Origin: Azolla caroliniana
Taxonomy: Eukaryota; Plantae; Polypodiophyta
Length of the DNA: 64,000 nucleotides
Reading direction: 5' to 3'
NCBI GenBank assembly: GCA_043228905.1
Contig: JBHGNT010000013.1
Coordinates: 8,246,001-8,310,000, forward strand
The notes under the pieces were generated by a model. It did not search any database. It was not told the origin of the DNA and saw only the letters and a program-made list of their open reading frames with translations. The position numbers and the translations under genes are program-made. This document shows positions 1 through 13,675 of this stretch, one piece after another (the first letter of the stretch is position 1; the number at the start of each line of letters is the position of its first letter).

Positions 1-209
1 GGACAACCCTAGATCTGTGCAACCCATTAGTGGTTCCATTCCCTCTAAGCAAGTTAGCAATGTGTTCGTAGCCCAAGTAACAGTTAGTACTAAAAGTACC
101 CCTCCAGCACATGTCTTAGCACTTCTAGATTCCGGAGCTAATTCTTGCTTCATGGATAGGAACTTTGCCCAAGCTCATCTAATATCACTCAGAAAACTTC
201 GTTGTCCAG
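1..209 (+). pseudogene. H1 aspartic protease, N-terminal part
   Basis: ORF 17..244 contains LLDSGANSCFMD and is cut at the LTR of element A. Confidence 0.85.
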
Positions 210-654
210 TATTAGAGACATGTACTAAAGTAAGCATTAGATAAGGATAGATCTAGGTAGATAAAAAGAAAGGAGAGAGAGAAAGAAGGGTGCCGATCCA
301 CCCGACCACCCCCGAGCAAAGGGATCGAGACGGACTCGAGCCTCGATCGGCGTCCCATACCACCGCCGTGGCGTCGAGTCGTACCTGGTGTTGGTGCGCT
401 CGCTACAAGAGTTGACCCACCACAAGACATAGTCTCGACGTAGTCAACAAGATGATCAAATGAGGGTAGCTAGGCCTCTTATTTATAGCGATACCCAAGG
501 CCCCTAGCCAAGTTCACACTTGGCCTAATGGGTTGTCTCAATCCCGAGGATTAAAAGTAATCCTCCCCTTCTTTACACTCTTGTTTAACCCTCACACTTT
601 TCCACATGTATAGAATACTACGGTAAATTCTTACCACGGGATATTATATGGTCA
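210..654 (-). repeat. A 3' LTR (first 11 bp deleted)
   Basis: Matches 26813-27256; PPT AAAGAGGGGA (minus strand) at 655-664. Confidence 0.93.
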
Positions 655-2359
655 TCCCCTCTTTAAAACATTGCACTCTTGCAATGGAAAGTTAGGGAAG
701 TTAGTTTTGAGAGTATTTTCGCGTTCCCATGTGGCAACTTTTATTGATTTATCCATCCATTTTATTTTAAATTCTCGGATTTCTTTAGTACGTAATTTTT
801 TTGTTTTAACATCGAGAATTCTTTCTGGTACATGTGGTTTAGAAGATAATTCTTCAAAAGTAACCAAAGTTTCAGTTGTAACTGTATTGTCGCCAGAACC
901 TAGAAGTTCTTTTAGACGACTCACATGAAAGACTGGATGAATTCCAACACCATCGGGAAGAGCGAGACGATAGGCTGATGACCCAATGCGTTTAAGGATT
1001 GTAAAAGCTCCACAAAACCGTGGGGCTAACTTAGCGCACTTACCTGTAGACAATGTCTTAGAATTGTGAGGTACACGTAAAAATACCTTCTGTCCAGGGT
1101 TGAATACACGAGGTTGCCTATGATGATCGGCATAAAAACGGGCTCTATCTTGAGTTGTTTTTTTATATTATCTCGTGAAATATGTAACATATATTGCATA
1201 TCCCGAAGAAAGTTTTGCGTACTTCGCAACTCATCATGATGTATATTAACATCAATCGGGGCTCGTGGCTGAAAACCATACATCAACATAAAAGGACTAT
1301 ATCCCGTCGACGTATGCTTGGAGATGTTATAAGAAAACTCAAAAATTGGGAAATAACGTTCCCATTTTGTTGGTTTTGCACCAACATATGCTCGAAGCAT
1401 GTCCTCAATAATTTGATTTACTCGTTCTGTTTGTCCATCGGATTGAGGATGATCCGTGGAGCTCATGCTCAACGTAGTTTCTAACTTCTTAAAGACTTGC
1501 GTCCAAAAGTCACTAGTAAATTTTGGTTCTCGATCACTCACGATATCCATCGGTAACCCATAAAAACGACATAACTCGTCAACGAATTGGTAAGCCAATT
1601 CAAGAGCTATTACCATGGTTTTAGTAGCAATAAATCTGGCCATTTGAGTTAGTCTATCAACCACAACCTAGATGTCATCATGGCCTTTTTGGGTGCGAGG
1701 AAGGCTAACAATAAAATCCATGGATATACTTTCCCACTTATTATTGGGAATGTCCAAGGGATGTAAAAGTCCTGCGGCTTTAAGTCGCTCGGCTTTGTTA
1801 ACCTGACATTGGTGACATTTAGTCACATAGCTATGTATGTCAGGGCGCATCTTAGGCCAATAAAATTGAGTGGAGATGAGAACGAGTGTACGATGTATTC
1901 CAAGGTGCCCTACTGAGGGTGCATCATGGCATTAAAAAAGAATCCTATTTTTGACCTCGGTTAAATCTGGAACACAAACCTTCCCATTACGGTAGAGCAG
2001 GCCGTTAGCAATGTGGAAGTATTCCTTCGAGGATGTGGTGGTGTCTGTTCCAGACTCAACTCTTGCCCAGTATTTTGCAAAATAACTGTCATCAAGATAC
2101 CTTCCTCGAAGGTGATCATAAAGAGCCGATGTTATTTCAGTGAAGCTAACCATGTTAACTTCACGGATGCAACTTAGTGCATCAACGACAATATTCATGG
2201 AACCTTTACGATATCGTATGGAAAAATCAAAGTCTTGGATGAGATCAGCCCATCGTGCCTTACAACCTTTCAGGTCTTGTTGGTCACAAAAATATTTCAA
2301 GGACTCGTGGTCCGTAGTTACCACAAATCGATTTCCATAAAGAGAATGGCACCATGTTT
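652..2359 (-). pseudogene. A pol 3' part: RNase H C-term, integrase (H2C2 zinc finger, core, GPY/F) and chromodomain
   Basis: TDHESLKY, SMDFIVSLP, SDREPKF, PQSDGQTER, PERILD...EFKIKW...ATWE. Confidence 0.92.
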
Positions 2360-2670
2360 TGATCGTCTTTCATAAACACACGCGTAAGATATAACAATTA
2401 AGGCAGAACGGCAATTAACACAGATAGATAACAACGCTAAGCTTTTATTAATTCACTGCCCCCCATTACATTATATCCGGGCCTTTAAATAGGTTTCCGG
2501 TCTGTATTACAAAACGGTGCCATCCGCACCTGTTCAGGATCAGTCCGGATCCGGAACGGCATACCGATTCCGGTCCGTCCATCCACACTCATAGCTTAAT
2601 TACAACCACATTCCTACTACTTAAATAACTCTCCGTTTCCCACTCTGGACTCCTTTGCCGGCCGGTAACA
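2360..2670 (-). repeat. B 3' LTR, outer ~124 bp and TSD deleted
   Basis: Matches 11836-12146. Confidence 0.92.
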
Positions 2671-2712
2671 CATGGCATGCCCGTGGGACAGTACCTTGTA
2701 CGTCGAATCCAT
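2671..2712 (-). other. B tRNA-3'-end-like motif at the PPT position
   Basis: Minus strand ATGGATTCGACGTACAAGGTACTGTCCCACGGGCATGCCA-TG-[LTR]. Confidence 0.8.
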
Positions 2713-2724
2713 AACCGACCCTTG

Positions 2725-5514
2725 CTATTCTTCGTCCAAAATGTCTAGAATGCTTTGTTCGAGAGGCTCCAATGGTTCATCTGGAAGTGGTTGTTGTTGT
2801 TGTTGCTGTTGTTGCTCTGTTGATGTCTGCTGCGGCGGGTCCGTTGGTGGCTGCTGCGGATGCTCCTCCGTTTGTTGCTCTGACACCGGCGTCTCCGTCG
2901 TTGCTCCCTTCGTCGTAGTGGTCTCCGGTTGACTGGTTCTGGGCTGGCCCTCAGCCAGCGACGGTTCCTCATCACTAAGGTTAACTGTTGCCGCTTCCCG
3001 TGCTTTTTCTTCCCGAACCCGGGACCGCTCGTAGCTTTCAAACTGGATTTGAGCGTCCAACCTATCATCGTCTAGCTGAGCTACGAGCTGCCTGACCTGC
3101 GCCAGTTGTTCATCCGCCAGGACTTGGAAGTCGTCGGCCAGCTCGTCCTGTATGGCGGTGAAGTCTTCGGAAGTCAACGTATAACAATCATCTCCTTCCT
3201 TCCGCCGGTTTGCCTCATCTACCCGTAGCAACTAGAGTTCCGCCGCGTTTTGTGCCCACTTTGTCCACCATTTTACGGAGCTTTCATCAATCAAGTGTTT
3301 TGTCTGATTCAGCCATGCCCGGAGGATGGACTGAATCCGACTCGTTCCCAATTGCGATTTGGTTTCCGCCGCTTGTCGTTCCTCCTTCAGTTGCTTGATG
3401 ATTTTGACATTGTCTTCCGCTTGCGCCTTGTAATGCGTCAATTGACTTTGATATGTACTTTGTAATTTCTGCAATACTGTTGACGCTCTCTCTTTTTCTT
3501 CCTGTTGCTGCCTCTGGAGCTCCATCCAGACCTTCTCCGCCTCGTCCAAGCGTCTTGTATTTTCCGCACGTTCGTCGGTGATGGCCGTCGCGGCCCGATC
3601 AACTTCCTGTTGGAGCTCGACCATTCGTTCTTTATGCTCCGTTTCCAGCTGTTTGTAGTCCCGGTGTAGGTGCTCAAAATCATCTGTCTTTTGCTTGAGC
3701 CGTGCGTTGATCTGTCGACGGGCCCGGTCCTCGCGGTCCTTCTATTGGCGGAGCTCTTCCTTTAGCCGTTCAATCTCTGTTTCCGCCATTTTCCGCAGCT
3801 TGTCCTTTTCCTGCAGCACTTTGTCTTTCTCCTCCTTTAGCCGGTCGTACGCTTGATGGCCTTTCCGGAGGCTCTCCTCTGCCCGGCGGAGGTTCTCAGC
3901 AGTCTTCTTTAATTCGGCTTCGGCCGCTGTCTTCAATTCTCGTTCCCGGCTCCTTAGCGCTTCTTGTGCGGCAAGTTCGTCTCTCAATTCCACAAGCTCC
4001 TGGGCTTGCGACGCATCTCTCGCCAGAACGGTTTCCGTTGCCGGGGTCTTATTGCTCTGTATAGGTCGATCCGTTTCTTTATTCTGTACACTTACCAGAG
4101 TCACCGGTGATTGGATCTGTGTTGCCGTTAAGGCCATTTTGGCCATCTCTGTCGTGACCTGATCCAAGTCTTTTTCAAGGCACCGGATTCTGGACCGGGC
4201 CGTCTCTAGTTGTTCGGTTGTGACGAGCAACCGTTCGCTTTGCGCTCTTTCTTCCGCCTCAATATACCCCACTGCTCCGGCTATCTGTTCGCCTATCCAC
4301 CGGAGCCACAGGCTACCGGTGCCTTGTTGTGCTTGCACGGAGGTTTGACAGATGGGCTCACTTGTAGATGGGTGGTCCCGCCTAGTTGCGACGAGTTGCA
4401 GTTCCGTTTCTGCCCGTGAACCCCCCTGTTGTCCTGGTACCCCTTGCGCTTCTTCTTGGCTGGCCGAGGGAGGCTGCATTGACCTTTCCAGCTCTGGCGG
4501 GATGGGACTTGCCGGTGTTGCCGGTGGTGCCGGGGTTTCGGATTCCGGTGCCATGCGCACCGGTTCCGGTTCCTTCCTTGGCGTGGGAGTCTCAGTATGG
4601 GGAGCCGGTGTTCCCTCCGTCTGAGGTTCCGAACGTTTCCCGGTTGCCTCAACAGTCCTTGCCGACGACCGTCGCTGGAGGTGCTCCGTAGGCTCCTCCT
4701 CTATTTCCTCTTCTTGAGCCCCGACATTGAGTTTTGCCGCCAAGGGGTCCGCTTCTCTATTCACCAATCGGCGGCGTGTAACCTTTACGGGCCGTGCCGG
4801 TGGTTCCTCCTCCGCCTCCGTTGGGCGCTTTCGGCTGCCGCTTCCGGTTGCCGCCTGTCTTGCATCCGTCGCTTTTCCCTTACTGGCCTTGGAGGCCAAC
4901 AACTGTTGTCGTTTGGAAGCCGTCTTTGGGGTGTCGTCCGCCACTCTTCCTCGCTTCTTGGGCTGGACGGGCTAGACGGGTGGCACAAGCAAGGTGAGCC
5001 ATTGCGTTACGGCGTGCCATATCCTCCGTCCGTCTCGGCCTTCTTTGTCGTCTTTGCCTTTGACGATCTCGATCGCCGCACACAACCCGTCTGCTATCAA
5101 TACCGGCCAATCCACCTTGATCCCTTCATAGGTGGCGATGATCATCCCTGCTCGGTTCTGCGGCATGACAGGGGGTCTAGGGTACACGTGACCATATTCG
5201 TGGAGCACACGAGCAATCTCGCGGAACAACATATCTCTGCCGCCCTGTGTCCGGTAGCCCTTGCTGGCTAGAGAGTACTCACCAAAATACCTGATAAGTT
5301 GTTCCGGGGTTGGATTGTCGATCGTGAGTATGCCTCCCTCTGGAAGGCCTGTTAACGCTCAAATCGCCTCTGCCGTTATGACCTCTGTGTCGATTTCTTT
5401 GATCACTTTGTCGGCTTCTTTGTGTGGCGGTACTTCCATCATCATCAAGAAGCCCTCGAGCCCGTGTTGCTTTAGCCATGTCTTGGCGGCTTCCGACAGC
5501 GTTTGCGGGTCCAT
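2725..5514 (-). pseudogene. B extra ORF (globular N-domain, P/E-rich linker, coiled coil, SILDILDEE tail)
   Basis: Starts MDPQTLSEAAKTWLKQHGL. Fragments 4972-5232, 3742-4944, 3232-3624, 2725-3231; homologous to the D and E extra ORFs. Confidence 0.85.
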
Positions 5515-5870
5515 TTCTGTGTCGAGGTCGGATTGCGGTGGCGAGGTTGGATGGTGATGAGAGAGAGATTTCAGAAGGCGGGGGTTCTCTGTGCGCAGGT
5601 TCTCGTCTGATGATCTTGCAGCGTCTTGGTGCTTCTGTGCTCCTGGGTTCTCGAAAGTAAAGGGTCTCTACGCGCAGTGGTTTTTGTCTGTGCATTCTGG
5701 CGCCTTTTTCGAGTGTGTGCATGTCGTGTACTAAAATAGCATTATGTCCTGTGGTGGCGCTTTAAATGCCCACTACGTACCTTTTCGCTCCTCGCTCTCT
5801 CATCCATTCATTCCTCACTTTTGCATGATTGTTTTTTTTATTTTTAATAATAATTTAGTTTAGTGTGACG

Positions 5871-8800
5871 TTACTTGTCCGTTGGTCCTCTAGGACCCTT
5901 ATCGACCTCATTTTCCCCAGTTACCGGCTCGCCGTCTCTACCGTCTTGGTGGTTGCCGTTTCCCTCACTGGTGTCGGTCCTTTGCTCAAATGAGTTCTTA
6001 GGCATCGGTCCTCTATATGGCTTCAACCGGAATCCGTTGACCCATTTGCCTAGCACTTCGCCGGCAAGTGTCCCTAACTAGTAGGACCCATTATACTCCC
6101 GTGTTAGCCAATACGGTCCGGTCCATCTAAACTGTAGTTTACCCGGCATCTTGCCCATACGGGTCTGAAATACTAACACCGGTTTGCCGATTGCGAACAT
6201 TTTTTCGTTTCGTTTCCTGTGCCGGTCGACAAATGCTTTCCATCGCCGTTGCTCCAATTCTAAATGCAGGATACTGGCCAGTCTTTGTTCCTCGAGTTCA
6301 CACAATGCTGTCAACCGTATTACCTCCGACTCCTCGTTCAGCCATTCCCGTAGCTGGATCCGTAAGCTGGGTACTTGGAATTCCACCGGCATTACCGCCT
6401 CTAGTCCGAACGCTAACCGGAACTATGTTGTTTGGATGCTCGTTTTGTATGCCGTCCGGTATGCCCAAAGCACGCTATGTAGCTTTGTGTCCCAATCCGT
6501 TCGGTTTTCGTTGACGATCTTCCGGAGGATATTCTGGAGCGTCTTGTTCGTTGATTCCGCTAACCCGTTCGCCTGTGGATAGTAAGGTGTGCTCCGTTTG
6601 TGGACAACGGCATAGAATGTCGTCAGGCTTTCCACTACGTGGCCGAGAAAGTGCCCCCCTTGGTCGCTTATTAATTCAATTGGGCATCCGTAACGGCACC
6701 AGATGTACTCATATAGAAACTTCGTCGTTGACACAACGGTGTTGTCCCTTAATGCTTTGGCCTCCACCCATTTCGTGCAGTAATCCGTCGCAACGATGAC
6801 GTATCGATTACCCGTTCTCATTGCCGATGGCTTGAACAGTCCCACAAAGTCCAGCCCCCCACTTCTGGAATGGCTCGAGTGGTAGTACCGGCTGGTGTGG
6901 CATACGGGCCTGCTCCGTCGGCTGGCCCATTCTCTGGCATAGGTCACATTCTTTTGCGTATCGTACCGCATCTCTTAATGTCGTTGGCCACCATAGGCCA
7001 CTTTGCCATATTTTCCTAGCCGTCGCATCTCCGGCATAGTGACCTCCGACAACTCCGTAGTGGGCTTCCCTTAGTATCAGTTCCTTTTCATCGCTGCGTA
7101 CCGCCCGTCTCCATACGCCGTCCGTGCCCTTGTGGTACAGTGTGTCTTGTAGTAAGCAGAAATGTCGGCTTTGCACCGCCAGGTGTTTCCGTTCGTCCCA
7201 GTTCAGCTCTTCCGGAGGCAGTCCTGTGCTCAGAAACTGGTGCATATTTGTGAGCCACTTGTCTTCCTGGGCCACCGTCTCATCTGTTGTCATCTCCGTA
7301 GTGACTCAAAACAGCTCCGCATCCGGAAACTCATCCGCTACTCCATCACCCGTCTCTCCGGACTCTAATCGGCTTAAGTAATCCGCCACGGCATGCTGTA
7401 TACCGGGTCAGTGGAATATTTCAAACTCGAACTCCTGTAACAGTAAGGTCCACCGGGCCAATTTGCCGGTGAGTGACACTTTGGACACCAGGTAAAGGAG
7501 TGCCGAATGATCTACATGGAAGGAAAACTTCCTTCCCAATAAATAATGCTGAAACTTTGTCACGCTGTAGATCATCCCTAGAGCTTCCCGTTCCGTGGTA
7601 GAGTAGTTTCGTTCTGCTTGGGATAGCTTTCGGCTGGCATAGTACACTGGCCGGTACCATTTTGGCTCCGTAAGCTACATAAGTACGCTTCCGATTGCTA
7701 TGTCGGAGGCGTCCACGAACACGTGAAATTCTTTACTCCAATCCGGAGGTTGCACTACTGGTGCCTGCAACAATAGTACCTTGAGAGCCCTATACGCCCT
7801 ATCCTCGGTGTCGGTCCACTGGAATGGTGTCCGATGTACGGTGGCATGCAACGGTGTAGCTAGGTCGGCCAAGTATCGGAGCATCCGGCTGTGCCACCGG
7901 ATCTGGCCTAAGAACCGGCTTAATGCCTTTGCCGTTGATGGCGCCAGTGCTTCTAATATGGCTTTCACTTTGTCCGGGTCGACTGCAATACCTTCCTGGC
8001 TCACAATATGTCCTAATAGAGTTCCACTAGATACGCCAAATACACACTTTGTCGGATTCAAGCTTAGCCGGTATGTTCTACACTTTTCTAGACAAAGACG
8101 GAGGTGCTGAAAATGGTCCTCCTCCCGGCTATAGACGACAAAATCGTCAAGGAAAACCTTCATAAAAGCCGGTATATATTCACCAAAGATTTCCATGATG
8201 ATTCGTTGAAATGTTGCCAGTGCCGTTTTGAGTCCGAACATCATCACCACGGCCACAAACACCCCCCATTCGGTGACGAAAGCCGTTTTCTCTTGGTCGT
8301 CGGGGTGCATCCGGGTCTGATTATACCCGCTGAATCCGTCTAGGAAGCTATAGACCTCATGGCCGGCGACGGCATCCAACACTCCATCTGTGAACGGAAG
8401 TGGAAACGCATCCGTTACCGTAGCCGCATTGAGTTTCTGGTAGTCCACGCAAACTCAAATTTTTCCGTTCTTCTTCGGTACGACTACGATCAGGCTCAGC
8501 CATGTCGCTTTCTTTACCGGACGCATAAAGACAACTCTTAGCAGTTTGTCGATTTCCTCCTTGACTTTGGCAGCATAATTGGGATTCATCCGGTACCGTC
8601 TTTGTGCCACTGGTTTTGCGTCCTTGCTCAAGTGCACCTGATGCTGGTATAACTGAGGGTCGAGTCCTCACATATCTTCGAATGACCAGGCAAACACATC
8701 GCGGAATTCCGTGAGAAGTGTGATCATCGCCGTTTTGTCCTCGGCCTTCATCTCCTTGGCGATGTGCACCGGTTTTGCTTCGTCCGTGGTCCCTAGGTTC

Positions 8801-11658
8801 ACCTCTTCCAGTTGCGACGCTTTTATGCGCTGTGAAACGGCCATTTCCCGTTCCAACGCTTCCTGCGCTTGCCGTAACTCCCGGATTGCGTCTTTATCCG
8901 GTTCTGCTTCAGCCTCTTCCGGTTGCGGTAAGTATGGTGCTACTGCTTCGGCAATGTCAATTTCAAAGAGGGGTATGATCTTCGGGTTTTCCTGCAGGTA
9001 CTGAGCTTCTTCTTCGTCCGCTAACCTTTCTAGCATGTTGACGCATTCCGCATACAACGGTGTACATTCCTTGCCAGTGCTCGTCCTTGGTTGTGTTGGT
9101 ACCCGTACCTTGGCTTTCCCTCGCCGGAAGGTAATTATATTTTTCCGCCAATTCTGTTTGATATGTGCTATTTTCAACCATGGCCGTCCCAGCAATAGCG
9201 GGTATGCGCCTTGTGCCTGTAATTGTAGCACTACGGCCGAGATGTGAAATGTATGACCGCCGACGGTGACTTCTAATTTCCGTATTAATCTTGTCGGCCG
9301 CACTGAGCTTATATCGGCCATCCGTAACTAGAACGGACACGGCTCCCACTCGTGGATTTCTAGGGCATCACACGTCCGGAGGCTTATTACATTCACCCCC
9401 GAGCCTCCGTCTATAACTGTGTTGGGGAGTTCTTTCCCTTTTACGATGGCAGTGATTACCAGACAGCTAATGTCCACCACCGTAGGTTCCTCCTCTGGAT
9501 TCGAGAAGAGTACCGGTGTTGGTGATGGTTCTCCTGCCGTCATGGCCGTCTTCAGTCCTTCCGTGAATCTTGGCACGAGTTGTAGGAGTCTTCCTAGTGG
9601 CAACGTAATCTGGCATTCTTGCAACGCCTGCCATGTCTCGTTCTCGGAGTGATTACCGCCGGCAAGCCCTGCGGTGTTCTCCTTTTGCCGCTGTAAGTCT
9701 GTGACATTCTGTTCGTTTGCTTTCTTTACCCATTCCGTTGCTTGTTTCCGGATGGTCTCCTGCGTCTCCCATTCCTTGGCCATGCCCTTCGACCTTGTGG
9801 TCACCTGCTGCAGATCTGCCACCTCAGGGACTACCATATTTACTGCCGGTCGTTTTTCATAGCTCTTCACCGGGCATTGGTTACTATAATGGCCTTCCTG
9901 TCGACAGTAGTAGAAGTAGGCTTTCCGGGTATTGCTAGATTCGGCATTGTCTGTTGTACCACCCGGGGCAGGTCCTGCGGTACGTGCAGGGTTTTGGACT
10001 GGTTGGCTACTTGGAGCTCCTTGTTCCGGATCCCGGGGGTAGCCGCCTTTTTTAAAATGCCGTTTTTTGTTATAACTCTTCTTATTGCGGTATTCTTGAC
10101 GGGGTTGCCCGTTATATCTGTCGTATTCCTCCCGTTGCTGACGATACCCGGGGGAGTGCTCCCGGTCGTAATGTTCGTATCGTCTATTGTAATCATGGTA
10201 CCGATCATGCCGGTCATAGTTATCCCGTTGATCACCGTACCTGACATCATTCTCTCGTCGATCGCCATACTGGACATCCTGTGCCGGTCAGTCGCGGTCC
10301 ATTCGCCGCCAGCGTTCGTCTTCTTCATCCCGGCTGCTGCGTGGCTCAATTTGTCGAACGGGCGGTGCTTGCCGGTTCAACAGATTATACTCGCACCTAT
10401 CCGTCGTATGGCTCTTGGATTGACAGATTACACATTGCGTCCTCATAGTGCATTCTAGAGCCGAGTGTCCGGAATTCAAGCAGGTTGTGCACTGTATTGC
10501 TTGCCAAAACCGGAGGTCTTCATCAGACGGTAACGCCCGTTGGAGTGCTCCCAGTGTGAGCTAGGAGCTTGTCTTTTCCATCTCTCTCACCCGGTCAATG
10601 ACCTGGTCGATGGTACTTGTGCGGAAGTCAATTACCATGCAAATCGTGCGTAGGGGTTCCCGGAGCGCGTTTGGGAATATAGTCCGTAATTCCTCCTCCG
10701 GGGGTGCACGGGCAAGCTGACTATGCATCCGTTGAAACCGGATGACAAATTGGGGAATGCTCTCCCCTGCCTCTTGCCGGATGGTATAAAATAAGCCTAC
10801 CATTACGGTCTGGTCCACCTCCTTTTGAAAAAAATGCAAGAATTTAGCTTTTAAATCTGCAAAGGTGGTGATGGTAGACGGGTCTTGCGTCCGGCGCCAT
10901 CTTGCTGCCGGTCCCTCCAATGTGACGCCAAATTCCGCTATCTTAGAGCGTTCTTCTTCCTCCGGGGTCAATCGCTGGGACACATGGTTGGCTTCCCATG
11001 TCTGTTCAAAGCCATGCACATAAGCTTCCGCGTCCGGATCATCTCTATACTTGGAGTACTGGAACGACATGTTGTCGTCTGGTATCGGTGCGCGGGCTGG
11101 CAGTGTTGGTGCTCGTTCCGGAATTTTCTCTGGCGTCGGTGGTCTTTCCCGATTTGTTTCTGGCGTTGGTGGTTTTTCCTCTTCTTTTGGTGACGGAAGC
11201 CTCTTGTCTTCGACTTCCGGTGTCGAAGGTCGCTCTTCCTCTGTTGGTTCTGGGGGTTCCAGCGTTAGCACTTCCGGTTCCGGTGTCGGTAAGGTATCCG
11301 AGCCTTCGTCCTCCGGTCCACCGGGGGTTTCGTTGTTGCTATGGTAGTTCGTGTGCACGTTGTATTCCCCTTCGGAGTCCGATTCATATGCTGAAAAGGC
11401 TTCTGCTTCGCCTTCTCCGTTTGCCAACGCGTGGAGAAGGGATTCGGTTTCCCGGAGGCTGCTTAGGCTGTTGCCGTCGTCCGGGTGCGATGTTTGCTGT
11501 AACCAGAGGGAGTCCTCCGCTACCCTCCGGATTACGTTGGAAAATGAGCGATCCGCTCTAATTTCCTGCGCCGCTTGCTGGAAAGCCTCGCGTCTCCTTT
11601 GCCTTTCGGCAAGGCGTCGAGTTCGATCTGTAACCAAGTCGTGCGTTGATCTAGACAT
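5871..11658 (-). pseudogene. B gag-pol (gag with 3 CCHC knuckles, PR IDGGSG, RT FLDDF, RH, INT; no chromodomain), multiple stops
   Basis: ORF fragments 10561-11745, 9328-9870, 8668-9321, 7675-8448, 7408-7647, 6808-7293, 6423-6971, 6078-6392. Confidence 0.93.
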
Positions 11659-11694
11659 CCATTCGTGCCGTCGTTCGCTGCAAAAACTGGAATC

Positions 11695-11704
11695 GTGGTC
11701 GCCA
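11695..11704 (-). promoter_or_regulatory. B primer-binding site (tRNA-Arg type)
   Basis: Minus strand TGGCGACCAC, 7 nt from the LTR; identical in D. Confidence 0.75.
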
Positions 11705-11711
11705 AAAACTG

Positions 11712-12146
11712 TGTTAACTCTTAGGGCCGGACAATGGCCTAGCACAGGGTGTCTACGGAAGACACTTCACCAAAGGGTGTTACGGCAACCGGATTAGACT
11801 CAACGCTTACTCCGACTTAATTAAGTTACTTATTATGATCGTCTTTCATAAACACACGCGTAAGATATAACAATTAAGACAGAACGGCAATTAACACAGA
11901 TAGATAACAACGCTAAGCTTTTATTAATTCACCGCCCCCCATTACATTATATCCGGGCCTTTAAATAGGTTTCCGGTCTGTATTACAAAACGGTGTCATC
12001 CGCACCTGTTCGGGATCGGTCCGGATCCGGAACGGCATACCGATTCCGGTCCGTCCGTCCACACTCATAGCTTAATTACAACCACATTCCTACTACTTAA
12101 ATAACTCTTCGTTTCCCACTCTGGACTCCTTTGCCGGCCGGTAACA
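11712..12146 (-). repeat. B 5' LTR
   Basis: TGTTA...TAACA termini, adjacent to the PBS. Confidence 0.88.
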
Positions 12147-13675
12147 TAATTCCTTTTCTTGAACAGTATACCGACATTGAGCAGAATCAAGTTTCTTACT
12201 CTCGAATGCTATTGGTTTACCATCTTGATATAAGACAACACCTATAGCATAATCTCTTGCATCGGTTTCAACCTCAAAAGGTTTTGAAGGATCGGGTAAA
12301 AGAAGTGAAGGAGCCTTGCATACCAGGTCCTTGAGTTTCTTAAAGGTGAGGTCTAGTGTAGGATTCCACACAATAGGTTTTGTAGACTTACGCATTTGAC
12401 CTTTTAGAAGATCAGTAAACGGCATCGTCAATTGGGAGTAATTACAAAGGGATTTTCGCAAAAACCCGACAAAACCAAGGAATGATCGAATTTCTCGAAT
12501 GTTCCGAAGAGTGGGCCAAAGCTTGATTTTCTCGATGCGAGAAGGATCAATTTCAACTCCTCGTTCGGTTATGAGATGTCCAAGATAAGTAATTGATTTC
12601 TTGAAGAACTCACATTTTGAGATCTTTGCATAAAATTGTTTGTCACACAATGTTTGTAAAACAAAGCGGACATGTTTAGCATGTTCTTGTAATGTACGGC
12701 TATATAAACTAAAATATCATCCAAGAAAATAACGACAAATTTTCCAAGTTCTCGGAAAATGTCATTCATTTTTTGTTGAAATGTAGCCGGAGCATTGGTC
12801 AAACCAAAAGGCATAACCAAAAACTCATAATGGCCATAGCGCGTATGAAATGCCGTTTTAGGAACATCGTCCTCACTTATACGAATTTGATGGTAGCCAG
12901 TACGGAGATCAAGTTTCGTAAAATACCGAGCTCCCTGGAGACGGTCAATTAGATCGTCAGCCCGGGGCAATGGATACAAATTCTTGATCGTCACTTTATT
13001 CAAGTGTCGGTAATTAATACACATACACCATGTGCCCTCTTTCTTTTTAACCAAGAGAACTGGTGCACCCCATGGAGATTTACTATAACGTATATAACCC
13101 ATTCGTAAATAGTCCTTGAGTTGCTTAGCTACCTCATCCTCTTTAGATCGACTTAAGCGATAAGGAGGTATATTTATTGGTGCAACACCAGGTACAATAT
13201 CTATACAATGGTCTATATTACGTTTAGGAGGTAAACCATTTGGTAGTTCACTCGGAAAAACATCATGAAAATCATTTAAGATTTCATCAAGTTGTTGTTC
13301 AAAATATGTTAATTGAACCGAGACATTATCGATATTGTAAACGTGAATGTCCGGATCAAGTACACAATAAAATAGAGTAGAACAAGACAACTCGGATATT
13401 GATGGACACGAGGAAACAATCGAGAGGGATTGTTTTTTTACACATTGAATAAAATGAGTACAATCGTTCAGTACAAATGTAATTGAATGATGAACCCAAT
13501 CAATAGATAAAGAATAGTTTTTATTATAAAACCAGGGATAACCCAGTATTACATCGGTGGTACAAAGATTCATTACATGGAAGTCTACTTCCTCTATATA
13601 AGTGTCAATAGAAATTCCTAATGAATGAATCGCCCCGTTGATGTATTGTACTCTTCCATCAGCCAAGTGCACCGT
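12147..13675 (-). pseudogene. A pol middle: PR C-term, RT, RNase H N-term
   Basis: [49 protein letters not shown]. Confidence 0.93.

Larger units (their letters stand above)
2360..12146 (-). mobile_element. B: non-chromovirus Ty3/gypsy (Athila-related) with an extra ORF; PPT replaced by a tRNA-like motif
   Basis: LTRs 2360-2670 (truncated) and 11712-12146 (TGTTA...TAACA); gag-pol 5871-11658; extra ORF 2725-5514. Confidence 0.93.

Noticed and set aside
2671-2690. B/D/E actually being plus-oriented elements with antisense genes (left-hand TGG site as the only PBS)
   Set aside because: There is no PPT before the right-hand LTR either, that end has its own TGG-PBS on the coding strand, and the TATA boxes face the minus strand.
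2672-2932. Cys-rich metallothionein-like ORF
   Set aside because: It is the antisense reading of the poly-Gln (CAA/CAG) run in B's extra ORF.
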